Assembly (NCBI GenBank): GCA_004022145.1
Contig: RCNU01000012.1
DNA length: 64,000 bases
Origin: Paecilomyces variotii
Lineage: Eukaryota
Direction: 5' to 3' (one strand)
Shown: positions 26,243 to 39,400 of the stretch, in pieces
Layout: each line of letters begins with the position of its first letter
How positions within the stretch are numbered: position 1 is the stretch's first letter
Notes under the pieces: model-generated
Seen by the model: only the letters and a program-made list of their open reading frames with translations
Databases searched by the model: none
What the model was told of the DNA's origin: nothing
Position numbers and translations under genes: made by a program

Positions 26243-28256
26243 CTATGCATGGTAATACGCGCGCCACCAGACGCCCATACAAGCTGCAATGAGGAGATCG
26301 AGCATTTTAAGCCCTTCGTCTTCGATGATGAGTTTTCCAAGCTTGGCGTCCTTTCCGTCGAGGCCGCCTCCGGCTCGCTCGCGAGCTAGAGAGAGATCGA
26401 AACGATCCTCGTCGTCGATGTCACGATCAGGAGTGTCTGGTGGGGGTTTCTCGTCTGTGTCGGTGCTGCTGTTGGATTGGGACCTGCCGCGTGGGAATTT
26501 TGGGAGGAGAGCGTCGGAGCCGAGAGAGCGAGAATGGGGTCGGTAGGTGTTCGGGTTGAGGAGGAGAGCAAGCGAGCTCCGTTTACCTTCTCGTTGAGAG
26601 AGAGCTGCTAGCTGGCTGAGAGAGAAGGGGGATTGTTGGTTGGGTTGAAGATGGTGATGTGGGTGTGTTAGAGGGATGTTGAATCGTATCTCCGCGACGG
26701 TTGTTGCTGGGTTCTCTGCTGCTGCAGGTCCTGGAATCATGTGCTTGCACTTGAGACTTCGACCGTTGAGGCTGGTGGAAAACGTGCAGGTGCCATTCCA
26801 GGGGGAAGTGAACGTATAGTAGCCGCTCTTTAACTTTGATGGTCCGGACGACTTTGGTGGACTTCCACTGCCATTATTTGGAGATTCCATAGATCCTCCC
26901 GAGTTTTCGCGGTTATGTCGGAATTTATTTACTGGCGGCGTTGAGACGTAGAGTTTCCGAAGGAACGCTTTGGAGCCGTTTCGGCCTTGAGATGCGTTGT
27001 GTCGGTCCTCGGCCATAGATGATAGAGAAGAGCCTCTCTGTCGGTTCGCAGAAGGGACGTTAAAGCCCAATGCTTCGAGGGATAACGGTTCGTTATGTCC
27101 CGCGAACCTACCATATCCAGGAGTCGATATCTCAAGGTCGATCGTACTGTTGTCCTCAACGGAGCTCGAGATACTTCCAACGTTCCATTGTACCCCATGG
27201 GTCGGATCACGTCTTATGAGGGTGATGTGGAAGCTGGGAGTTGGCCTATCTTCAGGAGTCTCGGAGCTACCTCTAGGAGGAGACAGTCGAGGCCATCTCG
27301 AAGGAAACGCTCTTCGCCTTTGCGAGGGTCTACTCTGGACGGCCGGACGTGAAGCATCCAAGCTGTACCGCCCACCTAGCGAGTTGTCATAATGTTCTTT
27401 GCATGCGGTTGGAGTCCGCCCATGAAGGTGGTCCGGCTGTGCACTCCATCTCTTCGGGTTCCCGGGGACGTCACCTATTGTTGTAGGCCTCGACGACGCA
27501 TCGTTTCCTGGCAGTGAAGGAACTGGCCGCCGTCGGATGGTATAAACAGAATCGCTGCGTCCAGGGAACCCTGGGGCTCTTTCCTCGTCAAACATCTGAG
27601 GGAATAGCTCTGCTCCTCCCAGCCCACTATCCACTGCGGATGTTTGGAGCGGTCGAGGCGGTAACGGAGGTCCAGCTGTCTCCTCTGGAGCTGTCGATAC
27701 TTGTTCCCGATGCGGCGGAGGCACAGGCGGTGGAGGACTCTGACTTGAGGCGCCTCCCACAGGCTTTCTCTTCACGTTATTTAGCCTCATGAATTCCTCC
27801 GGTTGAGCGGGATTTTGGGCATTTCCGTGGTCGCCATTGTCCTCCGCGGGGTTCTGCTGTGTTTTCGACCCATGTTCCTGCTCAAGACTCTGAAGTACAA
27901 GCTCATCGTCCGGCGACGACACATGCAGATAGTACAGAGAAGAGTTGATAGCCTCTGCGGAAACGCTGGATTTGGTGGGAGGTTTAAGAGGGGTCAGGAA
28001 CACATCTGGTCCAGGCGCAACAATGGCACGTTAGCAACGTTTTGACACATCCACGCGAGAACAGCGTAGAGCCATGGAAAACGATCAGACTCGTACCTCG
28101 ACTTCCTGGCACCCTAAGAATATACAGCACCAGAGGCCCCAGTGATTCCTGCGTTGGGTTCCGGGGATAAGCGGGCGGATTTGCAGCTAATGCGGTGATG
28201 GCTGCCAGTGATCTCGCTTCGACAGGGCCCTGAAACTGGACCGGATCGTTCGCCAT
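26243..28256 (-). CDS. conserved fungal hypothetical protein (Pro/Ser-rich), 2 exons
   Basis: Exon 1 MANDPVQF...LVLYILRVPGSR joins by a GTACGA...CAG intron to DVFLTPLKP. The long stop-free exon 2 carries ordered blocks (ITLIRRDP...QWNVG, YYTFTSPWNGTCTF, ERAGGGLDGKDAKLGKLIIEDEGLKMLDLLIAACMGVWW). Function not recognised. Confidence 0.8.
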
Positions 28257-29133
28257 CGGTGGAAGACGAACGGCAATTCATGCGTGAGAAGTGAAAACTG
28301 CCTCTCCACGTTGAATTTGGCCTGTAATATGAGCAGTTTGCACCGTCCCTCCGGTGGGCTGAAGATGCCCTGGCGGAGCGAGCGGGTACAGTAGTTAGTC
28401 GTAGAATAGTACAGTACTAGGGCAGGTAAACAGCAGTGGGGAATCGATGCAATGCGCAGATCAAGCCTCCCCCGCAGTCCTGATGGACCTGGCTGATAAC
28501 TTATAAGAGACAGCAGATATCAAAAGAGAAGACAGAATAACTGAGAGAAACAACGGCAAAAAGAGATGAAATAATGCAGCCTGCCCGATCGCGACCATCC
28601 GATTGACTCGCGACGCTACGACGAGAGCGGACACGTGTGGCCGGAAACAACAGCATCACAGGATGGACGATCCTGCAAACTGTAGGCCATCCCAAGAGCC
28701 TCGTCGTGCACTCGCCACAGCATTCGTACGCTTATTCCCCTTAAGGTGTGCTGGTCGAGCAGACGAGCGTTGCCGAACCCGGGTGGAGCGAAGAGACGCA
28801 ACCGCCTACGTAGGCCACAGGGCTGAGCCATCCCAGTGCCTATCACGAACTAATAATACCTGTACTACACTACACTGGATTTACTTAAGACGGCGGAATC
28901 CCTACCGCGCCTGCAAGCCATGGACACAGATGAAACCAGAGAATAGCCGGCCATATATACAGCTTGGTATCTTAGAAGGAAATACGTACAATGATGACCA
29001 TGGCACACTAGACACAAGGAAAACTGGGATTATCTGTCCCTATCCCGACCAGGGATGTATCAACCAAACGAAAAAGGAAACTCCATACTCCATCGGGAAA
29101 TCCATATTATTCCTGGGGAATTCAAAGACCTCT

Positions 29134-30410
29134 TCAAACAACAGTCTCTGCCCTCTCGCCTTCCGCAATGACCGGGACACTCAGACCGCGATCCGGGCTC
29201 TGCAGGACGAGCTGCTCGTGGCGACGGGCTCGTAGGAAATCAGAGATGGCTCGAATGAGGATGAACCAGCCGACGATCATAAGAATATAAGAGATCCATT
29301 CGCTTGTTGTAATGGCGGATATAGCGCTGCTCGAGCTCTGCTCAGCACCGACTGCTGCCGCAGCATTATCCCCCACGGAATTCGGGTTGAAATCATGGCT
29401 ATTGGGATCCGGTGGCGTAGTGTATTGCTCTCCGGATTCAGGGCCCCTAGCCTCGCTGCTGCCCTTCATGTAGAAACCGTACTGAACCAACGTGAGGCCG
29501 AGACCAGCTCTGCTGCCATTTTTCGCTGCGTGGGTGGTGTGCAAGAGATATGTAAGCAAGAAACCGACTAGCTGGAAGGACATGGAAATCATGCCGTTCC
29601 AGACAAAAGAGAACACAGATCCGACCGGGAGACCGTCGACATAGACTTCGTCTGACGAAAGCCCCGGTGCCATAATGGTCGTCTCCCAATACGGAGGCGC
29701 GGCATCAGCTGCAGCTTGTTCGTAAGACTATATACTTGTCAGTAAACAGAATCTTCTGGCCAAAAGACGAAACGGAAATGATTGCTTACAGGAGGCAGAT
29801 CCTCATTCTTCTCTCCTCTCTCCGGCTTCGCGTTCAAATTCGCAAACACACCATCGTTCGTGTGATGAATCCCGCCGACAACGCGGCCGGATGCCGTCGG
29901 AGTAGCGAAAGATGGAAGCAACGTATCCCTTCTCTGAGGCGAAGGACCCCGCTGTCCATCTTGTGCCGCTGATTCAGACGATGAAGCATCCACGATGCCG
30001 TTTCCGGGCTGTGTCTGAGGTTCGGGGTTTGCTCGCATTAGCCGCTGGCGAGCATCGGGCTCCTCGTCGTCATCCGATTCATCGTCGTCGCCAAAGGTAT
30101 CAGCTAGGGTCTGATCCGCCTCGTTTCGCACAGGATCATCATGGAGGAGCCGTCGCGACGACGGAGAAGACGAGCGGGAATGGAAAGACGGAGGAGGCGA
30201 AGAGGGGCGGGTTTCAGTAGAGGGCAATGGAGGAAATGATTCGGTGTCACCATCATCTCCGTCATCATGGGCATTCACCTAGGTATCGCAAGTTAGTTTA
30301 CTATCTCTTCCAAGTAGTCATCGATGCCTGCTGTGTCTGGAAGAACCAGAAAAAGGGTACAGAGAGGAGACCAGCAGATGCCTTACCCTTTGATAACGCT
30401 GCGAGCTCAT
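29134..30410 (-). CDS. bsd2: metal homeostasis protein Bsd2 / NDFIP-like Rsp5(NEDD4) adaptor, 3 exons
   Basis: Exon 1 MSSQRYQR|GTAAGG. NDGVFANLNAKPE followed by LPPSYEQAAADAAPPYWETT (PY motifs), then VDGLPVG...SFQLVGFLLTYLLHTTHAAKNGSRAGLG and three TM segments. Confidence 0.9.
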
Positions 30411-30907
30411 GACGAGCTGAACGACAATGTAGAAGATAGGAAAACCAACGAAGAGAACGACAGGTCACAAGAAGATGAGGAGAAACACAAGAAACAAAAC
30501 AAGAAGGATATGGAGACGCTCTGGATGAGAGAGGCGTCGTGAGGGCACGTTGGCGATGAAGGGAATGGAAGGGGATCGAGGAGATGACGAGACGAAGCGA
30601 GGCGATGCGGCGACCTCCACACCTCAGGCAGCCAACAGTCTGGAGTTCCAGTCGGAGATGCTCGATTTCTTTGCGGATCGTCGAGAAAACGCTCTGGCTC
30701 GACTCTGTGCGCCCCAGTACTAGGTCTTCTTTTCCTTATTTTATTTTTGATCTTTCCTGGTTCCGATACCCTTCCTTAATTCGAGTTCCTTGTGCACGCA
30801 TTCGCAAGAGGATTCCGCTGTCCATTCAGCGTTCGCCATCTCCAGAAGTCCGTCCCGTGCTCGGTTCATTCCTCCGTACAGAATCAAATCAACGCAGGTT
30901 ATTCACA

Positions 30908-31355
30908 ATGTCCAAACCGGTAAGATTCATATACTTTCTCCAAAAGAATATATAGTCCTTATATCGTACATCCATTGCTAACCCTCTAATCACACTAGTC
31001 GCTCCGTCCGCAATCAATCCAGTCCCGGATAACTCACATCATCAACCACTGGCCCTCCGACCCCGTTCGCCCCGCGTCAGTCTCCGTTCAGAACTACCTA
31101 CAGAGCAAGCTCGCCCAGGCCTCACCAGACAAGGGCTCACAAGCTGCCCCGATCTCCCACTCATCCCTTGATGCGCTTTCATCCCTGCTCGAGGACCGTT
31201 ATGCGAGGCGGTATCCGCTACCAGCGAAACTGCGCCGGCCGGCCAGCGACCCCGACCATTACGACAAGGTAGTGCAGGAATTCGAGATGGCACCGCGCAG
31301 AGACTGGTGGGGACGAGTGACGACGAAGATGAGAGGACTTTTTAGGTTCCAGTAA
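30908..31355 (+). CDS. cbp6: mitochondrial cytochrome b synthesis/assembly factor Cbp6 (UQCC2 family), 122 aa, 2 exons
   Basis: Exon 1 30908-30919 (MSKP), intron GTAAGA...GCTAAC...TAG 30920-30998, exon 2 30999-31355: SLRPQSIQSRITHIINHWPSDPVRP...LSSLLEDRYARRYPLPAKLRRPASDPDHYDKVVQEFEMAPRRDWWGRVTTKMRGLFRFQ. The WPxDxxR and LLE(D/N)RY..YPL motifs resemble Cbp6/UQCC2. Confidence 0.8.
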
Positions 31356-31803
31356 AGAAACGGACCTCGGAAGTTGCGAATTAAGAAAATGAGCAGAATC
31401 TGGTGACAGGAGAGGGATATCGAAGGGGAATGGGAGTTTTCCGAAATTTTTACTTTTCCCAGGGATGTAAAATGGGTTTGGTTCATGCATGCAATGCTCT
31501 CTGTTTTTATTTTGTATACTATGACTGCTACTGCCCTGTACCACCACTACCCAAAGGGGGATAGGCGTTTTCATACGCAAAGAGATATCTGGCATTGAAT
31601 ATTGCTTCACGCATCGATGCGCACTAAATTAACTATTTCTTAGTACTTACTAATATAGCTAGGGGATGCTGGGTTTATATTATCTATAAGGGCCTATCCA
31701 TCATCGTCTACTGCTGCCTTACTGACATACTACTTGCCGTGGACAACCCATCAAGAGCAAAGGAACATAAATCATCTATGGAACACATTTTAAAAGGGGG
31801 TAT

Positions 31804-33478
31804 TTATAGCATTGGCTTCAAGTCATCTGCCACCTTGAACGGAGCCTCAGTCTTAGCCCGCACCTCGTCAACCGTAACACCGTCCGCAATCTCCACCAGC
31901 GTCAGTCCATCGGTGAAATCAACGTCAAAGACACCCAGTTCTGTGATTATGCGGCTGACGCAGGCTCTGCCCGTCAGCGGAAACTCGCACTGCTTGAGAA
32001 TCTTGGGGTTTCCTTTCTTATCCGTATGCTCCATGGTCACTACGACCTTCGTTGCGGCTGGGTTGGAGACAAGGTCCATCGCTCCACCAAAGCCCTTGAT
32101 TTTTCCGGGAAGCATCCCTGAGAAGAACAGTTAGATATCACTTCCTTCAGACATGATAACGAGGGGATATACTTACAGTTGGCCAGGTCACCCTTGGCGC
32201 TAACCTGCATGGCACCCAGGATGGTGAGATCGATTCTTCCTGCGCGGATCATGCCAAAGGACTCATCGCTGCCAAAGCATGCGGCACCTGGGAGCAGCGT
32301 CACAGTCTCCTTTCCAGCGTTGATCAGATCAGGGTCCTCCTGGCCTTTCTTCGGGTAGGGGCCGAGACCCAGGATTCCGTTCTCCGACTGCAACATCACC
32401 TGCACGGACGGATCCACGAAGTTGGGCGCCAACATAGGCATACCAATCCCCAGGTTGGCGTACATGCCGTTCTTGAACTCCTTGGCTGCTCGACGGACAA
32501 TGCGCTCACGCTTGTTGGCAGTGTCTCCCTTACCCAGGGCGGACATATCGGCGCCGTCTTCCTTCGCAAAGGTATACTTTTCGATATTCTTCGCCTCCGT
32601 GCTCTGGATGACACGCTTGACATAGATACCGGGAAGGTGTACCGCCGCAGGCTCTATCTCACCCACTTCAACGATGTGCTCTGCCTCGACGATGGTCATT
32701 TTCGCATTGCGACCCATGGCCCCGTTGAAGTTGGCGGCGGCATATCGGAACTGGCAGTTACCAAGCTTGTCCGCTTTCCAGGCCTTCACAAAGGCGTAGT
32801 CTCCTTTGATTGACTCTTCCATGACATAGCTCTTCCCGTCGAAGACTTTGACATCTCGTGGTTGACTGTAGAGGGCGACGGTACCATCGCTGTTGTGTTT
32901 CAGAGGCAGATCGCCAGTCTGCACGACAGTGCCGAACGCAGCAGGCGTGTAGAAAGCAGGAATTCCAGCTCCTCCGGCACGGCACCTCTCAGCTAGTGTC
33001 CCCTGGGGTGTCAACTCCAATTCAATCTCGCCGGTCAGGTACATGCGTTCGAAGGTCTTGTTTTCTCCGACGTAGCTGGCGATCATCTTCTTGATCTGCT
33101 TGCTCTGCAGGAGCAGACCTAGGCCTGAACCGTCCACACCCGCATTATTACTGACGGCCGTCAGGCCGGTGATGCGTGGGTTTTCTCTAACAGCATTGAT
33201 CAGTGTATCTGGGACACCACAGAGACCGAACCCGCCCGCCAGAAGAGTCGAATTTGACTTCATATCTTTGATGGCCTCTGCAGCCGAGGGCAAGACTTTG
33301 TTGATCTCATTCCGCCGGAGAGTAGTGGAGAATGCTCGAGCGAGAAATCGCTGATGCTGCGAGAACAGAACTGTCAGAATGGATCGCCAGGTGGGCAAGG
33401 TACTGTTCACCCTACCTTGTTGACATCGGACGAAAACTGCCTGGCAAGCCGTAGGCACGTTGCTACTTGAGACGGCAT
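31804..33478 (-). CDS. mitochondrial succinyl-CoA:3-ketoacid CoA transferase (SCOT/OXCT1), 3 exons
   Basis: Mitochondrial presequence-like N-terminus ([17 protein letters not shown]) and CoA-transferase motifs [34 protein letters not shown] (catalytic Glu), GFGGAMDLV. Confidence 0.95.
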
Positions 33479-35149
33479 TGTGATTGAAATCTGATCACCT
33501 CGAGACTGTGACGATTCTCTAAACTCCCTTTTTGCCCCCGTAGAGCAGTTCAATATGAAATAGATAACTACTCCTGCACTTCTGTGAGGGCGGAATTGGT
33601 CCGTCAGTGATTCGGAGCGTGTTCCGCAACCTGGTTGTTCCCCACGGCCAATAATTTCCGGGGAAAAAAAGAAAAGAGACCAAAAGAAAAAATTGTCTAC
33701 GACAGCAAAGTAGAAAAGAGAGAGCTCTCTAGCTGGCTGGCGGGTGCTTAATATAAAGGATAGAATTCTTGTCTGTCCCGTCTGTGTATACTAAGTATGC
33801 TTTACCCCGGTTTTTCCATCCCCGCACGCGGCTTTCATCGGCTGCCACATCAAACATTCCCGAGATCCTCTCCACATGGAATGCACTTGATCGCTGAGAT
33901 AGGCACTGGCAAGTATTATAAAATGATTACAACGAGTTTTCTCTCTATCTAAAAGACACCATACCCCAAAGATCTATGAAGCACATCCTGCACATCATTG
34001 TAGAGGGCATTAGCGTCCTGACGCCCTGATAACGTACGCTTAGCCGCGGGTATTTCTCACTCCACCTTTCAGGCACCTCTCTTCTGATATGGACATTAAA
34101 ATGAAAAATCGCCATCCCGAGCAGGGTCACTTCTGCAGACAATACCAGGGACACTCAAGTGTTGTCACAGGCCTTTCCAAGTTCCGCCTCGGCCGCGATA
34201 TACTTATTATTGGTACCGGCAGAGCCCTTATCCGATAGACGGATCTTAGATCAGGAACGCGATCTAGATACGTGGCAGTAACTATGGTTACTCTACGACT
34301 GCGTTGACCTCACTACCATAGCTAACTACAACGACCGCCATCCATCACTGCTCGAAAACTTGCATGCATCGGTGCTAGCATCAAGTTCCTCTCTTCGGAT
34401 TTCATGGCATGAGAGGTACTATTCGTGATTACACCTTCTCTATTGGAGATGGGAGCTCATGGACAGTGCAGTTCTCAAAGAGCCCGTGCTGCCTCTTGAA
34501 GACTGCAGAGCTTCTCGTCTCTTGAAGACGGTCGAAAGAAACGTCTACGCAAGCCTACTTATTCTCTACTGCCTATGTTCCTTCTCGATCAGGCAAATGA
34601 AAAGAAGGAGGTTTCGCTATCTATCAACATAGCTTATCTCAGTCCCATTGCTCCCACTTCTGTCTTATCCTTGGCTAATTGTACAGGTCACTCCCCCCTC
34701 AATGATCACGTTGAGCGCGCATGGTTTCGAGTTCCCATCTCCATCTCCATGATAAGTCCTACTCACGTTTCTCGACAGATAGCCATCATAACTACGCCAA
34801 CCATCATACCGCATCTGTCATACTGATCTCCTCATGGTCTGTGCGCGGATATCCATCCGAAAACGGCAACCCCCACAGCTCCGCTCAAAAAATTTCCGCC
34901 ATGTCCACCCAAAACGGAAATAGTACCACTATGCATTCATTATTATTCGACTCGCACAATTATTATTATCAATCGGGTCTACGAAGGGCAAAAGAAAAAG
35001 AACCTCTCCCGGTCTGATTGTTCCATGACAGACGACCCCTTCACCAACAAAAAAAACATAGCTTGTTTGACGCCACTCAAGCTCGTTTACCTCATAAAAA
35101 TTTCTTTCGGAGGCAAAAAGATATCAGCCGAAGAAGTTGTTCGGAATTG

Positions 35150-35254
35150 AGCCGAACGCGGGGGTCGAACCCGCAGCCTTGCGGTAACCTGGATGCAGTT
35201 ATTTTACTAACTGCTGGTAAGAGCCGCACGCTCTACCGATTGAGCTAGCCCGGC
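35150..35254 (-). tRNA. tRNA-Lys (anticodon CUU) with 32-nt intron
   Basis: Minus strand reads GCCGGGC TA GCTC AATCGGTA GAGC G TGCGG CT CTT A [intron 35217-35186] A CCGCA AGGCT GCGGG TTCGACC CCCGC GTTCGGC T. Cloverleaf stems pair, the intron sits at the canonical 37/38 position, and a T5 Pol III terminator lies at 35115-35119. Confidence 0.95.
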
Positions 35255-36470
35255 GGCTGTTGTTGAAGTGCGATGCTGAATAGTGACTATTCTACCATGC
35301 GAAGCGGATGTTTCTCTTTCATGCGGATCAGTGCAGGTTGTCTGTTCAACGCCTATGTCGTGGAAGGAGGGGAGGGTCGTGGAGGGAGAATGTGTGTGTA
35401 TGGGCATGTGGGTGTCTACTCGATTCCAATTTACAGATCTTATGCATTCCCTTCGCATAGGATATTGCTGCCCATCCAGGGATCCGAAAGCAACAACTCG
35501 ACACATCGCTATATATATGTGTGTTGGTCTTCATGAAAGATAGGCATATACGCTCACAATCGCCAGAAACGATAAACCAGACGAGTAGCACGACTGACCC
35601 GGTCCTATGCTATACAGATCAAGACTGGTCAATAAGAAGCTCAGATAGCGGTTACATCGTCGACCACGCAGAATGATTAATCCAAGCAACTAACCACAGT
35701 CCTCCCTTTCAAAGAAGTAGACTGAAACAGAAAGCTTTTGAAAGTATGTTTTTATTGCCTAGTGCGTTGCCCATTGCGGCAACTGCAGGAGACGATAGTT
35801 GAGCCGCATGTAATTACATTCTCGAAAAGTCTTTCTTTGCGAAACCACATAAATGCTACTTGAGTATGAAGTGCAGGTATCGCACATACGAACATGCAAA
35901 GACAGATAAAATACGACGACTCCTGGACAAATGCTATAAATGAGAAAGGCGGAGATGGGCGGTATCATAATGCAAAAAGGAAATTCTGCTCAGAAACATC
36001 ATACATGGTATTGCAGCGTTGGAAGGGCTAATAGGCAAGTGAGAACTCAAAGATAGAGATCCAATGAGGAAGGCATGAGATGAAAAGAGAAACATGTTCA
36101 TTTCGAACGTGAATGCGGAAATATCCTGCTGTCCTGTTCAGTCCCCTCGAATCGCCAACCCCCCCTTTTTTTTTCCCCGTACACCTCCGCTCATTCATTC
36201 GATGGATACATGAACAAAAGAAATAATCAGACGGGGAAATTCCCGCATCTAGACGTGACGTATATCCCCTCATCCAAGTTTGCGCAGCCGCGTAATCTGG
36301 ACATATCGACATTTGTAGGAAAGAACAGCAGGTGATTCTCATCCAGAGAGTATGGGGAATCGTAAGAAGTCAAGGCATTTAGACGGAATTCGGGTGACCA
36401 TGACTGGTTTCAAGGGAATCGTCTACTCCCTTGCGTTTTGAGGGGACTGTGGAAATATTCGTAGAAGGGC

Positions 36471-39400
36471 CTACCATTCCACGTTTTGTGCGTCAGCTTC
36501 ATTATTGAACGACCAGGTTCCGGCTGCATCGCTGCCTCCCGTATCGGTTTTTCTCTTCTCATCTAGAGTAGAAGCGTCTGCCGTACCTGCCGGGCCACTG
36601 TCAGTCCATGCTTCATCGTACGCGGGTGGATCCATATCCACATCTTCGCTCGTCGTTACAGTATCCTCGCCCTGGGCAGCGGCTGGAATCGTTGCCTGAG
36701 CGGCTGTATCTTCTGCTGTGGAAGCAGAATTCTCAGCGATTTCTCGGCACACCGGTTGGACGAGGCGGTCTTTCATGCGCTCATTTACATAGACCAGGAA
36801 GTACGGCGTCGGAGGATTTCGGCCCTGGCTCTCGAATATTTCTGCCCGATTATGCACCTCCGTAATATCGCTGTCGTTGTATTTGCGCCAGACGTCCTTC
36901 TTGAAATCGTAGATGTAGATGTAATAATGCCCGAATTCGACAGACCCATGGTGCACAAACACAGCGTACAGGCGGTAAGGGAGGTGCTTGTAATCAGCAA
37001 ATTGGCTCGAAATCATCGCCTGCGTGTCCCTGATCTCCTGCTCCACGACTTTGAAGACCATCAGTATCGCAGACAATTAAGACGACAGTGCAGACTTACA
37101 CGCTAGCTCTGTCTTGGTTATCTGGGACAGCTGGTCGAGTTCTGTAATTGTCTGCGGGTCTATCTCGATAGCATCGTCCGCGGTTTCTTCATCGTCTTTC
37201 ATGGCGTCAAGATCTTCGAGCACACGTTTTGCATTATCAAACAGAGCAGGCATGTCTTGACGATCGTTCTCCTGTGGTTACAGTCAGTCATGAGATTGCA
37301 TCGCTTCTTTGAAAATGTGTAGTAACGTACCTCTTTGCGGAGAAGCTCCTCTCTGCGAGCCTCGAGCACCCTCAGCGTGTCCTTCCATGCCCAGCATTGT
37401 CGTCGACGATTCATGAGCTCCTCTTGCTGCGTATCCATATATCTATCGAGGTAGATTGTTTCCTTCAACTCAAGGTGGTGAGTTGACTTATATGAAGTCT
37501 TCTTGACGGGGTCGAACTGGACACGTTGGACTTGGATCTGGAGGATTGGGGGCAACTTGCTGATGGATCCGAATTGCTCTGCTATTTCTCCATCGACATG
37601 GACCTTCTGTGCATCAAAAGCCCCATCAATGGCGGCGTAGATGTCACGAGACCCAGATGCTACGTCGACTTTGATATCGCACCACAGCTCCTCCTTTGAG
37701 CGCACACCGCGTTCAGCAGTGATATAGGACTGCGTTCTTCCGTAAAACAAGCTGGATTGGACGTCAGTGAGATTTTTCTCATGTTTATGCTTCTGTCACT
37801 TACTCTTTAACCTGATCCAGCTGCTCACCATCTGGAGCAATGGCTCGAGGTTTAATGGCACATTGGCTTTGGAAGAGAACATTGTTGATGACCTCTGTCA
37901 CATCTTGCTGTGCTCCGATCTCCACCTCTTCGAGTAATTGCCTCTGTCGTTCCGCATCCGACGATGGTCGTGGAGGCACAGGTGGAGGCCGATTTGGCGG
38001 CCCTATAGGGCCGGGAGTCGCCTGAGAGTCTGTAGCAATCGCATCCTTTTCTTCTTCAGAGGTTGGCTTGATATCCTGCTCTGAGGCGTCATTTCCCAAA
38101 GGAGGTTGGTTCTCCTTATTGTCCGCAGGCGGTCCAGGTGTCTCATTTCGGCTGCTATCGACAAGCGTCGCGTCGCTATCAACGTCGCTTGTCGTTGACT
38201 CTTTCGATACATATGTCTCCGCGGTGACAGGAGCGGCCGTTGCTGTCTGCTCTGCACTTTCATCGCTTGTGCCTGTCTTTGGCGGCCCCAAAGGGCCCAT
38301 CACTGCCACCCCGTTTATCTCCCCTAAACCACCCGGCCTTGGACCGGAGATTGTCGACTTGCAACGTATGGCTGCTTCATTCGTTGAACTAATCAGGGTC
38401 AATCTAGCCAACTCCGGAGATGGTGTAACAGAAGAAGAAGGAGAAGTGATCATATTCTGAAACAGTGTCCGAAGCTCTCTCAAGACTGTTGTCAATTAGC
38501 GTTTAGTGGAGGTACACAGGGTAAAGAGGTCTTACATCTCTGAGAACGCTCAACTTCATTTTTTGTGACTTTACGCGATCCAACTTGCTTCTGACTCAAG
38601 TTCTCCTCTCCCATGTCCATCTTATGATTTTCGAAATCAAGGACCATCTCGCGATAGGGGCGCACAGTAAAGTAGAACTGCAGTAAGCTATTAAGGTAGC
38701 AAGTGTTGCCGATATTCTGCAGGCCCACCGGCCACTCCGATAACTTGCGATCGGATTGAGCAGTAGAGCCGGAGACGAGGTTTCCGAGGATGGCGCTATC
38801 CTTATCCTTTGCGATGATACTGAGAGCACGGTTGTAGGTCTCTATCTGACCTGGGGCCTCGTCGACGCAAATAGTGTAGGCCGCCATTATAGCCGCATCG
38901 TCAACAGTTCGATCCGGTATTTGAAGCAGCCGGTATGCGTCTCCGACATCCATCTCGCCGAGTCCGGTCTCACCTGTCTTGAGAAAATGGCTCAGAGTTT
39001 CGGACTTCCGTGCTTCTGCAATAATCTCAACAGCACGGCGTGCAAGATCTTTGCTTGCGGGGCTGTCGGTTATCTGGTTTTCATGTTAGTCCGTCTGGTA
39101 TTGTGATAGGTGTTACCGCACAAGAAACGGTCTGTCTGGCTTGCAAATCCGCAAGATGCGCGAGGAGTAATACCTTCGCCGTGTACATCGTGACAATGAA
39201 ATCGTCGGGTGTTTTCTCATCCACCCCAAGGAATACCAAAGCTTGCTCGGGCGTTGAAACCCCTGCAGAAAGGTCAGTGCATGATTACGGTCAAGCTTCA
39301 GGCCATTGAAACTAACTTTCTTCAGCAGCTGCCTTGATGTGCTCGCTTCGCCTGCTGTCTCCTATCCTCCACAACTGTTTACGTGTCTCAGCTTCGTGGG

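Noticed and set aside
28603-29235. 210-aa plus-strand ORF between the hypothetical gene and bsd2
   Set aside because: Starts at TTG, has no recognisable motif, overlaps the bsd2 3' end and UTR antisense, and has non-coding-like composition.
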